DNA of 64,000 nucleotides from Lama glama (taxonomy: Eukaryota), in assembly GCA_028534125.1 (NCBI GenBank), contig CM052817.1, positions 6,202,001 through 6,266,000 on the forward strand. Direction: 5' to 3'. This document shows positions 11,778 through 23,135 of the stretch, in pieces. The notes beneath the pieces were generated by a model. That model did not search any database. It had not been told where the DNA came from and worked only from the letters and a program-made list of their open reading frames with translations. Both the position numbers and the translations under genes were made by a program. Position 1 is the stretch's first letter; every line of letters begins with the position of its first letter.

Positions 11778-13294
11778 ACATATCCTATTTGATTAGAAAA
11801 AATTAGCTTATAATAAAAAAAAAGAGTTCTGAAAATCACTGTTGCATTCAGAAGAAAAATGGCCTTTGAATTGTCCTACCTGAGTTTGGTATATTTCTCC
11901 ATCGTTATTTGTATAGATTTGAGCAAATCTCCCCTTACAGCTCCCCTGCGCCTTCCTCTATGTAATGGAGGTGTTTAACCAGAAATCCTCTAAAAATTAT
12001 CTTCCATCCTTAAACAGACTCTGTTTCTGAAATGGCTTTGCATTGATGCCGTCTGTCAAAACGACCTCTTATGGCATAAACTTCTGTTCCTAAAATACTA
12101 ATTTTCCTCACAGCATCTCACGGAATGCTGGGCACATACCAGTTGCTCAATAACCAGCTGTTGGTCGTTTGTACAATTGAAGCTGGATCCAATTCAATGT
12201 CTGGAATTTTTTATTTTCACTGTCTGATTCTGTAATGCACCAAGATAATTTTATATCAGAGACAAAGCTGATGGATGGAGAGAGACAGAACACACATTTA
12301 TTAAATGCTCGACAATGGCAGACCCAGTGCTCAAATTTTTATATGCTGGAGAAATCATCACACTCTAGTCAAAAAGTTTGAAAACAGAGGCCAAGGAAGT
12401 TTAAGGAAATTTCCCAGGTTACTGGTCTATGCAAGACAGGGATTGAAACCAAATGCATCTAATGCCCAAGCTATGTTGGGTATCAGAATCAACTAAGGCT
12501 TCACCAGATGCACAAATCCTTGAGCACAAAGGCCAAGTTTTAGGATTTACAGATGATGGATTGGACATGCATTTTAAGAAGAAAACCGCATGACTTCAAT
12601 TCAGATAATCACCAAGAAGTATTTTATTAAAGACTTTTCTACCTGCATTTTAGTAGTGAGAGGTTCACACTTTGTCTTTCTAAAACTACAGAATAGGCTT
12701 AATTGTCTTCGTTTTATGGAAAAGGGAACTGAGATCCGCAGGCAACTTGAGAAACACAGCTAGTTTATGGAAGTGTCTCCAGTGAAATTAAGGCCCCTCC
12801 AGATTTTTAAATTCAGGACCCTTTCTTAAAAAAGTTTTCTTTAAAAAATTTTTATCAGTTATGCATGCATTTAATATAAAAAGTAAAACTATTCTACAAG
12901 TACTGTTATGGAAAAGACCGTCCCTGACTGCCCTCCAAACTTTTTCCTTCTCTCCAAGCACAGCCAATTCTGCCATTTATCTCCATGTTCATATAACAAA
13001 ATTAAATGTCTACTTATTACTTTTACAATTTTAAGCTTTATGTAATGTGTTCTTGGTACACAAATAGGATTTTTCTTTCTTTGACATCTTCTTCCCTTGC
13101 ACCTATCATCAGCTCACTTTCCAGTTATTCTGCTACCTACAATAAATACGTCATAATTTGGTTTAGATCATTATTTAGAATTTAAATTATCATGATCATG
13201 TAAATCTATTGATGGCTGGGTCATTTAGTAAACTATGATGATTTTTATTTTTCCTGTGCAGTATTTTGTCTTTGTTTATAATCATCTATGCACT

Positions 13295-13456
13295 TAAAAA
13301 GTTTGTTTATTTATTATTGTATTATTTAATTATTTTATTTTGGCAGGGGGGGAGGTAATTAGGTTTGTTTATTTTTGGAGGAGGTACTGGGGATTGAACC
13401 CAGGCCCTCATGCATGCTAAGCATGTGTTTTACCACTTGAGCTATACCCTCCCCCC
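13295..13456 (-). mobile_element. tRNA-Ala-derived SINE (camelid Vic-1-like)
   Basis: Minus strand reads GGGGAGGGTATAGCTCAAGTGG (A box)...GGTTCAATCCCCAGTACCTCC (B box), then an A-rich tail; perfect 12-bp TSD catctatgcact at 13283-13294 and 13457-13468. Confidence 0.92.
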
Positions 13457-13767
13457 CATCTATGCACTCATTGCTAATGTGTTCCCCACATTTCTCTCAA
13501 CTATGAAAACTTTTGATGCATTTAAATATACTGAATTTTGTGCAGCCTAGAAATTGCTGACCTGTCTTAGCTGTGATGATTTATCTCTGGTTCAGTTGTA
13601 CAGGTGAGATCTGGCAATTCCCCTTAACAATTTTCCTAGGATTTTCCTTGTCTGTTTGCCTTTTGTGTTGTGAATCTCATGCCTCCTGTATCTTGTTTTA
13701 GTTCCTTATTTTTATGAGAATACCCTCTAGTAGCTTCCTATGAAGGACTGCAAAGAAGGTAACATAC

Positions 13768-13831
13768 TAAGAATTGCTTAATATTAAGAATATTAAGAAT
13801 TGCTTAATATTAAGAATATTAAGAATTGCTT
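13768..13831. repeat. 26-bp tandem repeat, ~2.5 perfect copies
   Basis: taagaattgcttaatattaagaatat x2 + taagaattgctt. Confidence 0.95.
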
Positions 13832-14239
13832 GTCTAAAAATGTCTTTAGTTTACCTTCACATATATTTCATGTTTGAGGTATAGAATACAAGCTTCACAT
13901 ATTTTTCTTTCAGAATTTCAAAGGCATTTTTCACTATCTCATGGCTGCCAATTTTTCTGATTATAAATCTACTGTCTTTCTGATTCATGATCCTTTGAAT
14001 ATAGTCTTTTTTTGTTTGTTTGCTTCTCTTCCTAGAAGCATTTAGAAGTTTTTCTTTCCTTTCTAAATTTTAGTTCAGTGAAAATAGACAGAAGTTAACT
14101 GGACATTTTTGGTAGAATGCAATGTTTTAGTAAGAGAGACAAAAATTTCAAACTCAAGTAAAAAGAGGATAATTCTTTTTTGTTAAAAGGAAGTGCCTAC
14201 AAAAACTCCTGACACAATACACATATTCATGAAATGTTT

Positions 14240-15150
14240 TTCTAAATGTTAAACTGATTTTCAACAAAGGCACCAAGGCAAATTCAAGGGCAAAATAAAA
14301 TCTTTAACAAATAGTGCTAAAAAAACTAGCTATCAGTATATGAAAATAAATGAATCTCAACCCATATCTTATTTAATATGGCATTTAAGTTTAAGGAAAA
14401 TCAGAACACAAACTGTAACTAAAATTATAAAATTTGGGAGACAGGCAAAATTTTCTTAGGACATAAAAGGCAGTAACCATAAAAAATCCTGTATTGGATT
14501 TAGAAAGTAAGTCTGGTTAAAACAAAATATTTTAGTTAAAAGATGACATTAAGAAAACTCAAAATAAAAGTCACAAATTGGATGATGGCAGGGTTTATAA
14601 TACGTACATCTGGGAAAAAAACTTGTGTCTAGAAAAAATGAAGAATTCATGCAACTCAATATTAAAGATCAAGCAACATAGAGCCATTCAAAAGAGATAC
14701 AGATGACATACAAATTCATGAAAATGTGCTCACCATCATTTGTCATGAAAGGATTCAAGTTAAAACCTGAGTTAAATACTATTTCACATTCACTAAAAAG
14801 GCTAAAATTTTAAAATGGGCAATACCCAGTATTAGTGAGGCTGTGAGGTAATCTGAACACTTTCACATTGTTGGTGGGCATGGAAAATATAACCATTTTT
14901 GAGAAAAAAAAAGGGAAATTTTTGACAATGTCAAATACACATGTACCATGTGATCCAGTAAGTCTACTTCTAGATATTTACCCAAGAGTAATGGCTATAT
15001 GTATCCATAAAAAGTCCTGTATACAAATATATGTTCATAGAAACTTTATTCTTAGTAGCTCCAAACTGGAAACACTGAAATGTCCATGTCTAGGTGAACA
15101 AATTAAGAGGAAAAAAGATGGTGTATTCTTACATTGAAATACTACTCAAC
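14240..15150 (+). mobile_element. Old L1M ORF2 3' region (left part)
   Basis: actgattttcaacaaaggcaccaaggcaattcaa; accatgtgatccagtaagtctacttctagatatttacccaagag; aactggaaacactgaaatgtcc; heavily diverged. Confidence 0.85.
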
Positions 15151-16151
15151 CTTGATCTCCAGAATATATAAACAGCTCATATGACTTAGTAAGAAACAAC
15201 CAAACAACCCAATCCAAACATGGGCCAAAGACCTAAATAAGCAGTTCTCCAAGGAAGACATACAAATGATAGGCACATGAAAAAATGCTCAATATCACTA
15301 ATTATCAGAGAAATGCAAATCAAAACTACAATGAGGTACCACTTCACACCACTCAGAATGGCCATCATTCAAAAATCCACAAAAGACAAATGCTGGAGAG
15401 GCTGTGGAGAAAAGGGAACCCTTCTACACTGCTGATGGGAATGAAGTTTGGTATAGCCACTGTGGAAAACAGTATGGAGATTCCTCAAAGACTAGGAACA
15501 GACTTACCATATGACCCAGGAATCCCACTCCTGGGCATATATCCAGAAGGAACCCTACTTCAAAAAGACACCTGCACCCCAATGTTCATAGCAGCACTAT
15601 TTACAATAGCCAAGACATGGAAACAGCCTAAATGCCCATCAACAGATGATTGGATAAAGAAGAGATGGTATATTTATACAATGGAATACTATTCAGCCAT
15701 AAAAACTAACAACGTAATGCCATTTGCAGCAACATGGATGTTCCTGGAGAATGTCATTCTAAGTAAGCCAGAAAGAGAAAGAAAAATACCATATAAGATC
15801 ACTCATATGTGGAGTCTAAAAAAAACCCAAAAAACAAAAAACCATAAATACAAAACAGAAACAGACTCATAGACATAGAATACAAACTTGTGGTTGCCAA
15901 GTGGGGAGGGTGGTGGGAAGGGACAGACTGGGATTTCAAAATGTAGAACAGATAAACAAGATTATACTGTATAGCACAGGGAAATATATACAAGATCTTA
16001 TGGTAGCTCACAGAGAAAAAAAATGTGACAATGAATATATATATATATATATATATATATCCATGTATAACTGAAAAATTGTGTTCTACACTGGAATTTG
16101 ACACAACATTGTAAAATGATTATAAATCAATAAAAAATGTTAAAAAAAGAA
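15151..16151 (+). mobile_element. Young 5'-truncated L1 (ORF2 C-terminus remnant + 3' UTR + A tail)
   Basis: ORF 15285-15872 contains LPYDPGIPLLGIYP...CTPMFIAALFTIAKTWKQPKCPSTDDWIKK.WYIYTMEYYSAIK (L1 ORF2p C-terminus, frameshifted upstream); AATAAA then an A tail running into the gap. Confidence 0.95.
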
Positions 16152-16251
16152 NNNNNNNNNNNNNNNNNNNNNNNNNNNNNNNNNNNNNNNNNNNNNNNNN
16201 NNNNNNNNNNNNNNNNNNNNNNNNNNNNNNNNNNNNNNNNNNNNNNNNNNN
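16152..16251. other. Assembly gap (100 N)
   Basis: N run. Confidence 1.
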
Positions 16252-16500
16252 GAAAAACCAGACCCCAAAAGAATAATCAATGTATTTGTCTATTCATATG
16301 AAATGGTAGAAATCAGAACAGAGTCTGCAAGAAACAGCACGAGGTATACATCTAGGTGATAGAAACAATCCACTATGTGGTGGGAGGTAAGGATAGTTTG
16401 GTACATGTATTTGCCAAAATTTATTGAACTTTACAATTATGATGGGTGGACTTCACTGTATGTGAATTGTAACTTAACTGAAATTATTAAAGAAATAAAA
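16252..16500 (+). mobile_element. Old L1M 3' UTR (right part, continues 14240-15150)
   Basis: gaaaaaccagaccccaaaagaata...tgtatttgccaaaatttattgaactttaca...ttcactgtatgtgaattgtaac. Confidence 0.7.
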
Positions 16501-17989
16501 ATTTGTGGGAGTAGCATGAGCTTTCACTAAGGTCACTTCAACAGGAAAGCACAGTACGCAGCAGATCCCAAGGTGGGGAATCAGATTTGGTATTTAAAAA
16601 AAAAAAGCGTCCACTTACAACATCACGGTCCTTTTTTATAACATGGAACTATTGACTCCTTCTCATCAGGGTACTATTAGCATTAAATGATACAACACTG
16701 GTGAAAAATTTTCCTGTGTTTCCAATGGTATTTGAATTATTTAATTTATTTTAGCTCTATTGTCTTTCACTTCTGCCCTGAATCTCAAGTTCACAATCTT
16801 AGGTGAATGAATTTAGGTTATTTAGAAAACACATTGGATGTTTCATTCCTTTACCTGACTGCCTTAAAGTCACAGCTCTCCGTTACCTGCCTCCCAGGCC
16901 CTTCCTGCATTTTCTAATTCTCTGCAGTCAGGCACTTGCAGTCAGGGAACTCTCAGCCCACCCTACTCTAACTCTCTTGGGAGTTGTAAGAAGAGAGTAA
17001 AGGGCAGAAGAGAGCACAGAGCAGCGCTAAACGCCAGGGCGGCTGGCTGCCTCCGTCCCAGATCGCGTCTGGACCAAGGAACTCTGCCCCTCACCAGTGC
17101 TGACTAGCCCAGAACAGAGCCAGCTGTCCCCAGCTGGGTTGTTCTGTCTCCCAGGAATGTCACATGAGAACAGAGAGACGTCAGAGCTGAGCCACATTAA
17201 TGACGTCAACCTGCCAGGAGAGAGGACCACCCAGCCCTGCACTGAGGTCCAGAGAACCCTTTCCAAGTCTGGGACTTAAACTCATCCTCTGATTCCTTCC
17301 AGCATCTTTCCCTCGACATGTGAGTCCTGTGCCTTGAGACCTAAAGAACCAGAACTATGACAATTAAAAGTCTCCTCCTCATTTTAAAAAATCTTTGTTC
17401 CTTTCATGTCTTCCAGATTCAAAATCTTGTTGCTCCCCTTTCTCCCTCCCCATTTGTAATACCCAGAAAAGGAGGCAGAAAACATGTGCTGGACCCTCCC
17501 GCCGTGATGCAGCCTCTCAACCTTGTAATCCTCTGGAGGCTCCCCCTTCCCATCATATTATACGATGCCCCCCCCATCTTCCTGAGGCTATTGAATTGAG
17601 ATGAAAACATGGGGGACTCTGGGGCCAAAACCCTATAAATATTTGAAGAATAGCTCTCTTTTCATGTCCTGTTTGAAGAAAATTTTGCTTTTTATGGTTT
17701 TCCCTTCCTTCTAATTAGTTTCTTTTTTGTGGAAAATAAAAAGCCAAGCCAAGCCAAGCCATTCCGTTAATACATACTAAGTGTGTCCCTGATGTGTGAA
17801 AAATTATTTTCAACAACATCTGTAGTTTTCTGTTCTTCTGGGTAGTGTGGTGGAAAAAATACAAATAAGGGAAATTCAAGACAATGTCTTTTGAAGTTTA
17901 AAAAAACTTTTTGGATATATAAATTTAGATTCAGTAAATACCTATTAAGCACTCCTGTGGGCAGGCTATTGTGTTGCGCCAAATCTGGC

Positions 17990-18200
17990 TTAATAACAAT
18001 AATAAAAGCAGTAACAACTGCTACCATTTAAATGGGCTAGGCTGTACACCGATTTTATTATTTTACTTAGTCCTTACAGCAAGTCCAAAAGTATATATTA
18101 TTATAACAGCCATTTTTTAAGGAAGAGGATTAGACTTAGGTAAAAGAAGTAAAATAATTAAAGTTCTTATAGTATATGGTAGAAAAAGGGTTTGGGGTCT
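17990..18200 (-). mobile_element. MIR SINE (split by L1; resumes at ~19985-20020)
   Basis: aataataaaagcagtaacaactgctaccattt...tccttacagcaagtcc...ccattttttaaggaagagga. Confidence 0.55.
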
Positions 18201-18202
18201 AG

Positions 18203-19058
18203 TTTTTTTTCAACTTTATTGAGCTATAATTGACATATAGCATTGTGTAGGTTTAAGGTGTATGACATGCTGATTTGATACACTTATATATCATAATCTG
18301 ATTACCATGGTAGAGTTAGCTAACATATTTATCATAAATATATATCTATATAAAATTATCATTTTTTTTGTGGTGAGAACGTTTAAGATTTACCCTCCTA
18401 GCGACTTTCACGTATATAATACAGTATTGTTAACTATATTCATAATGCTGTGCATTAAATCCTCAGTGTTGAGTCATCTTCTAATTGGGACTTTTCACCC
18501 TTTCACCAATATCTCCACATTTCCTTCACCCACCACTCTGCTCTCCGTTTCTATGAGTTCAATTTTTCTCAATTTCATATATAAATGATATCATATAATA
18601 TTTGCCTTTCTCTGATTTGTTTCACGTAGCATGATGCTCTCAAGGTCCATCCATGTTTTGCAAAAGGATTTTCTTCTTTCTCACAGCTGATAATACTCTA
18701 TTGTGTGTGTGTACAAATATATCTCATATCTTCTTTATCCATTCATCTACTGATGGGCACTTATGTTGTCTCCATATCTTGGTTATTGTGAATAATGTTG
18801 CAATAAATATAGGAATGCAGATATTTCTTCAATATGTTGGTTTCATTTCCTCTGGATATATATACCCAAAAGTGGAATTGCTGGATCATATGGAAGTTCT
18901 ATTTTTTAATTTTTTGAGGAAGTTCCTACTGTTTTCCGTAGTGGCTGCACTAATTTACATTCCCACCAGCAGTGTATAAGTTACCTTTTTCTCTCCATCA
19001 TTGCCAATGCTTTTTATCTTTTGTCTTTTAGAGGATAGCCATTCTAACAGATGTGATA
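18203..19058 (-). mobile_element. L1 3' segment (non-inverted part of a twin-primed insertion)
   Basis: Poly-T, antisense 3' UTR and antisense ORF2 end (ttcccaccagcagtgtataag; atagccattctaacagatgtga). Confidence 0.9.
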
Positions 19059-19978
19059 TGATGAAAGAATCTGAGGAGGAAATGTGGGCCAATGGAAAGA
19101 TATTTTACATTTATGCATTGGAAGAATTAATATTGCTAAAATATCTGTATTACTCACAGCCATTTATAGATTCAATAAAATTCCTATCATGGTCCTAATG
19201 GCATTTTTCACAGAAATAGAAAAAAAACAATCTGAAAGTGTATGGCATTGCAGAAGACTCTGAATAGACAAAGCAATCCTGAGCGAAAAAAGAACAAAGC
19301 TGGAAGCATCACACTTCCTGATCTCAAACTACACTATAATAAAGCTATAGTAGTTAAACAGTGTGGTGCTGATATAAAAATAGACACAAAGACCAATGGA
19401 ACATAATTGAAAGCCCAGAAATAAACACATATATGCACAGTCAACTAACATTTGACAAGGGAAACAAGAATGTGCAATAGGGAAAGGATAGTCTCTTCCA
19501 TAAATGGTGTTGGGGAAACTGGACAACCGCATACAAGAAAGTGTAGCTGGACATCTATGTTACACTACTTACAAAAACTACCTTGAAGTAGATTAAAGAC
19601 TTAAGTATAAGACCTAAAACCAACAAAACAAAGCAAAACAAAACAAAACAAAACAAAACTCCTAGAAGAAAATATAAGTTAAAAGCTCCTGGACATTGGA
19701 AACAATTTATTAGATATGACATCAAAAGCACAAGCAAAAAAAAGCAAAAAAAATTCAATAAATGGGATTACATCAGACTAAAAAGTTTCTGCACAGCAAA
19801 AGAAACAATCAGCCAAATGAAAAGGTCACCTACAGGATGGGAGAAAATATTTGCAAGCCATGTACCAGATAAGGGATTAGTATTCAAAATATGTAAAGAA
19901 CTCATGCAACTCAATAATGAAAAACAAACAACCTGATTAAAAAGTAGGCAGAGGAACTGAATAGACATTTTCCAAAGA
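19059..19978 (+). mobile_element. L1 ORF2 segment (inverted part of the same insertion)
   Basis: ggaagaattaatattgctaaaat; aagaacaaagctggaagcatcacacttcctga; ttctgcacagcaaaagaaac; ends ctgaatagacattttccaaag. Confidence 0.9.
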
Positions 19979-20069
19979 GTCTAGCTTTAATTGATTCTAA
20001 TTTTATGTTTCTAACTCCCATGGCACAGACTCTCAGTGCTCCTACTACATCCCCTCACCCTAATAGATT

Positions 20070-20411
20070 TCTAATTGCCAGTCCCTGATTTCTTTTCTCA
20101 AAGGCCTGAGTACACTCTGCCCATGGTGTGGCTGCATAGAAATACTAGAAAATTCATGTCTGCTTTCCCAGCAGTCCTCAAAGACGATTGGAGTTTACGT
20201 AGAAATATCCTAGCTCACTAACCTCTCAAGTGGTCTAACTCTGAAAAGCATGGTCTTCAACATTCTAGAATTCTCCTGTAGTCCAAAGTGATAATAAACC
20301 CTTATTCCTTGCTTTCTTTTCCATGTTTACTCCCTAACCCTCTACTGTGTTTTTCACTTGCACCTGCTTACTTGTCACCGAGTCTGCTTCTGGGTGAATC
20401 CAAACTAAGAC
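20070..20411 (+). mobile_element. LTR16-like ERVL LTR
   Basis: Diagnostic end gtctgcttctgggtgaatccaaactaagaca; AATAAA at ~20293. Confidence 0.7.
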
Positions 20412-21372
20412 AATTACTGAGCTGAATCCTTATGGAAGACCAGCATCCCCTTCCAGAAAGATAATCTGGAGCCAACAGAGAAGAGTGGGTGTCTCTGTTT
20501 TGTAGAGTTCCAATGAGATCACAGTCCAGGAGACATCTTCAGTTCTTACATGGCACCACGGATGACTTATTCACAGGGAAACACAAGCTGGTATGAACTG
20601 AGAGCTAAAACCCAAGATTGAAGACATAATGGCAGAAAACGAGAGAGGCAAAAAAAGGGGTCTTGAGGCTTGAGGTGTATTGTGAAAACAAGAAAGAAGT
20701 CATTACAGAACAGGGAGACCTTCTGAGCACAAGAACAAAACAGAAGAGACAAGCATTATGGACAAAGACACCCATTCACTGATGAATACACTTACTGGAA
20801 TACATTCATTCACTAACACTGACAGGCATCAGGTTTGTAGAATAGACCTCTCATGTGTTTGCCACACAGCTCTGAAAATGTCACATAAACCATGAGTCAC
20901 AAGCCACCAGTATGGGCCACAGAATTTGAATTGTGATTCCTGATAAATTACCTGATTGTAGTAGCCCTAGTAGGTAACAGTTTATTATTCCATACTTTAA
21001 TGAGGAAAAGCAAAGCTCCTAGAAACAGAGCCAGAGATCACAGGGCTGGTCTGTAAAGCACACTGGATATGACATGGGACCACAGTGAAGAAAATCAGTA
21101 TTTGGGGCTACATGCCAAGTACTAGGGGTGAGCTCACTGCAGTGTGAGCAGTATGCCATCCAATTCTGGATAAGTAGGATACATAATACTAGGGTACTGA
21201 CCCTTCTCCATTTTGCAGATGAAAAAACCTGAGGCCCAGGGTGGCTAAGTTATTTACAGAGCTGATGAGTGATGCACATCTCAGAGTGAGAGAAAGAAAG
21301 AGAACCTGGAGTCGATTTAACTTCCTTAGCCTTTTCATTTTATAAATCTTATGATTTTTGTATGTAACTTCT

Positions 21373-21460
21373 TTATATATATTTTTTATTGAAATATAGT
21401 CAGTTTACAACATTGTGTCAATTTCTAATGTATAGAATAATGCTTCGGTCATACATAAAC

Positions 21461-21537
<77 letters not shown>

Positions 21538-21994
21538 CTTTCATATTCTTTTTCACCATAAATTACTAAAGGCATTAAATACCGTTCCCTGTGCTATACA
21601 GTATGAACTTGTTGTTTATCTATTTTATATATATTAGTATCTACAAATCTTGAACTCCTAATTCATTCCTTCCTACCCCCTTCCCCCACTGATAACCATA
21701 AATTTGTTTTCCATGTCTGTGAGTCTATTTCTGTTTTATAAATAAGTTTGTTTGTCTTTTTTTTAGATTCCACATATAAGTGATATCATGTGGTATTTTT
21801 CTTTCTCTTTCTAGCTTACTTCATTTAGAATGACTATCTCCAGGTCCATCCATGTTGCTGCAAATGGCATTATTTATTATTTTTATGGCTGAGTAGTATT
21901 CCATTATATAAATATAACACAGTTTCTTTATCCAGCCCTCTGCTGATGGACATTTAGGTTGTTTCCATGTCTTGGCTATTGCAAATAGTGCTTC
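21373..21994 (-). mobile_element. L1 3' end with (GT)n(AT)n microsatellite
   Basis: Antisense ORF2 C-terminus (ALFAIAKTWKQPKCPS..WIKK in ORF 21821-22024); TSD tatgtaacttct (21361-21372) / tatgtaaattct (21995-22006). Confidence 0.93.
21466..21534. repeat. Compound (TG)n-(TA)n microsatellite
   Basis: Seen directly. Confidence 0.95.
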
Positions 21995-22394
21995 TATGTA
22001 AATTCTAAAGCAAAACAATTGCATCTCTTCTCCTGGGGGAGAAATTCCTATCTCCTTAGTTAAGTATTTTCTCCAGACTCATCCCATTCCAAGAGCCTAT
22101 GTCCAAACTTGGCAGTGCCGATTTTGCTGGAGCAGGTCCTTTGAGGCAGGGCCTCTGACCATTTAGAAGTAGGAGTCCATTGTCACTTACACTGACTTCC
22201 CTATTATCTCCCTGAGCACTTAGTTTTGCAATCATAGGACTCAAGGTTCTGTCAAATACAGTTGGGCAGGGAACCAGTAAGAGACTCTGACCCCTCATTG
22301 TTTATGAGAGGCTGTAAACTCTCCCAGCATTCAATAAAAATGCAACATCTACAACGTACCTGCCATTACCAATCAATGAGGAGCTACTGGAGGA

Positions 22395-22832
22395 GCTACT
22401 GAATAATAGCTTCTCCAAGATGTCCACGTTCTAATCTCCAAAACCTGTGAGTATATTACCTTACAAAGTGAAAGGGACTTTGCAGATGTGAATGAATTGA
22501 GGATCTTGAGATGGGGAGATTACCTTGGATTACCCAGTTTGATTCAATATAATTGTAAGGGTTTTTATAAGAGGGATTCAAGTCAAAGTCATGGGAAAAG
22601 AGATAAGATATAGACACAGAAGTGAATGATGGGCTCTGAAAAGGAAGGGGACACGATCCCTAGAATGAAAGTGGCTTCTAGAAGCTGGAAAAGTCAAGGA
22701 AATATATTTCTGTTAGAGCCTCCTCAAAGAGGGGAGCCCTGCTGCCTCATTTTGTACTTGATGATAGGTGTGTGTTGGTTTAGTCCACCTGGTGTGTGTC
22801 ACTCTGCTAAAGCAGCAAAGGAAAACTAAGGT
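22395..22832 (+). mobile_element. MaLR LTR (MLT1C/D-like)
   Basis: aagatgtccacgttctaatctccaaaacctgtgagtatattaccttac..aaagggactttgcagatgtg...gaggatcttgagatggggagatta...agcagcaaaggaaaactaa. Confidence 0.85.
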
Positions 22833-22899
22833 GCTGCTAACAACGTCCTCTGCACATAGTCTCAAGTCAACTATATATGTGTTAGTACCGGGACCAGAA

Positions 22900-23135
22900 G
22901 AGTGTTAAGTGCCAAGAATCAGGGATTCACCGTGAGATGTCCTGAATCTGAATCTTAGCAGGGCCATTTACTAGCTTTACGATCTTGGGCATATTGATTA
23001 CACTCTGTGCATCCTAAATTACTAATTTGTAGCTCAGGGAGCACACGAGCTTTTTCCGAGTGTTATTATGATTGAATAATATAATACATTAAAGGGTCTT
23101 AGGGAATGGCATTTGCATTATGCATTAGCTTTATT
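22900..23135 (+). mobile_element. MIR SINE
   Basis: cctgaatctgaatcttagc..gccatttactagctttacgatcttgggca. Confidence 0.6.

Larger units (their letters stand above)
12860..14060 (-). mobile_element. HAL1/old L1M fragment (interrupted by a SINE)
   Basis: tagtagcttcc...aaaaatgtctttagtttaccttcac...tttcagaatttcaaaggcatt...ctgattcatgatcctttg resembles the antisense HAL1 consensus. Confidence 0.65.

Noticed and set aside
13385..13456. tRNA-Ala gene
   Set aside because: It is the head of a SINE with body, tail and TSD; the acceptor stem is not intact.
15285..15872. 195-aa ORF as a host gene
   Set aside because: Frameshifted L1 ORF2 C-terminus in a 5'-truncated copy.
22378..22401. 12-bp tandem duplication gaggagctactg x2
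   Set aside because: Ordinary slippage at an LTR edge.
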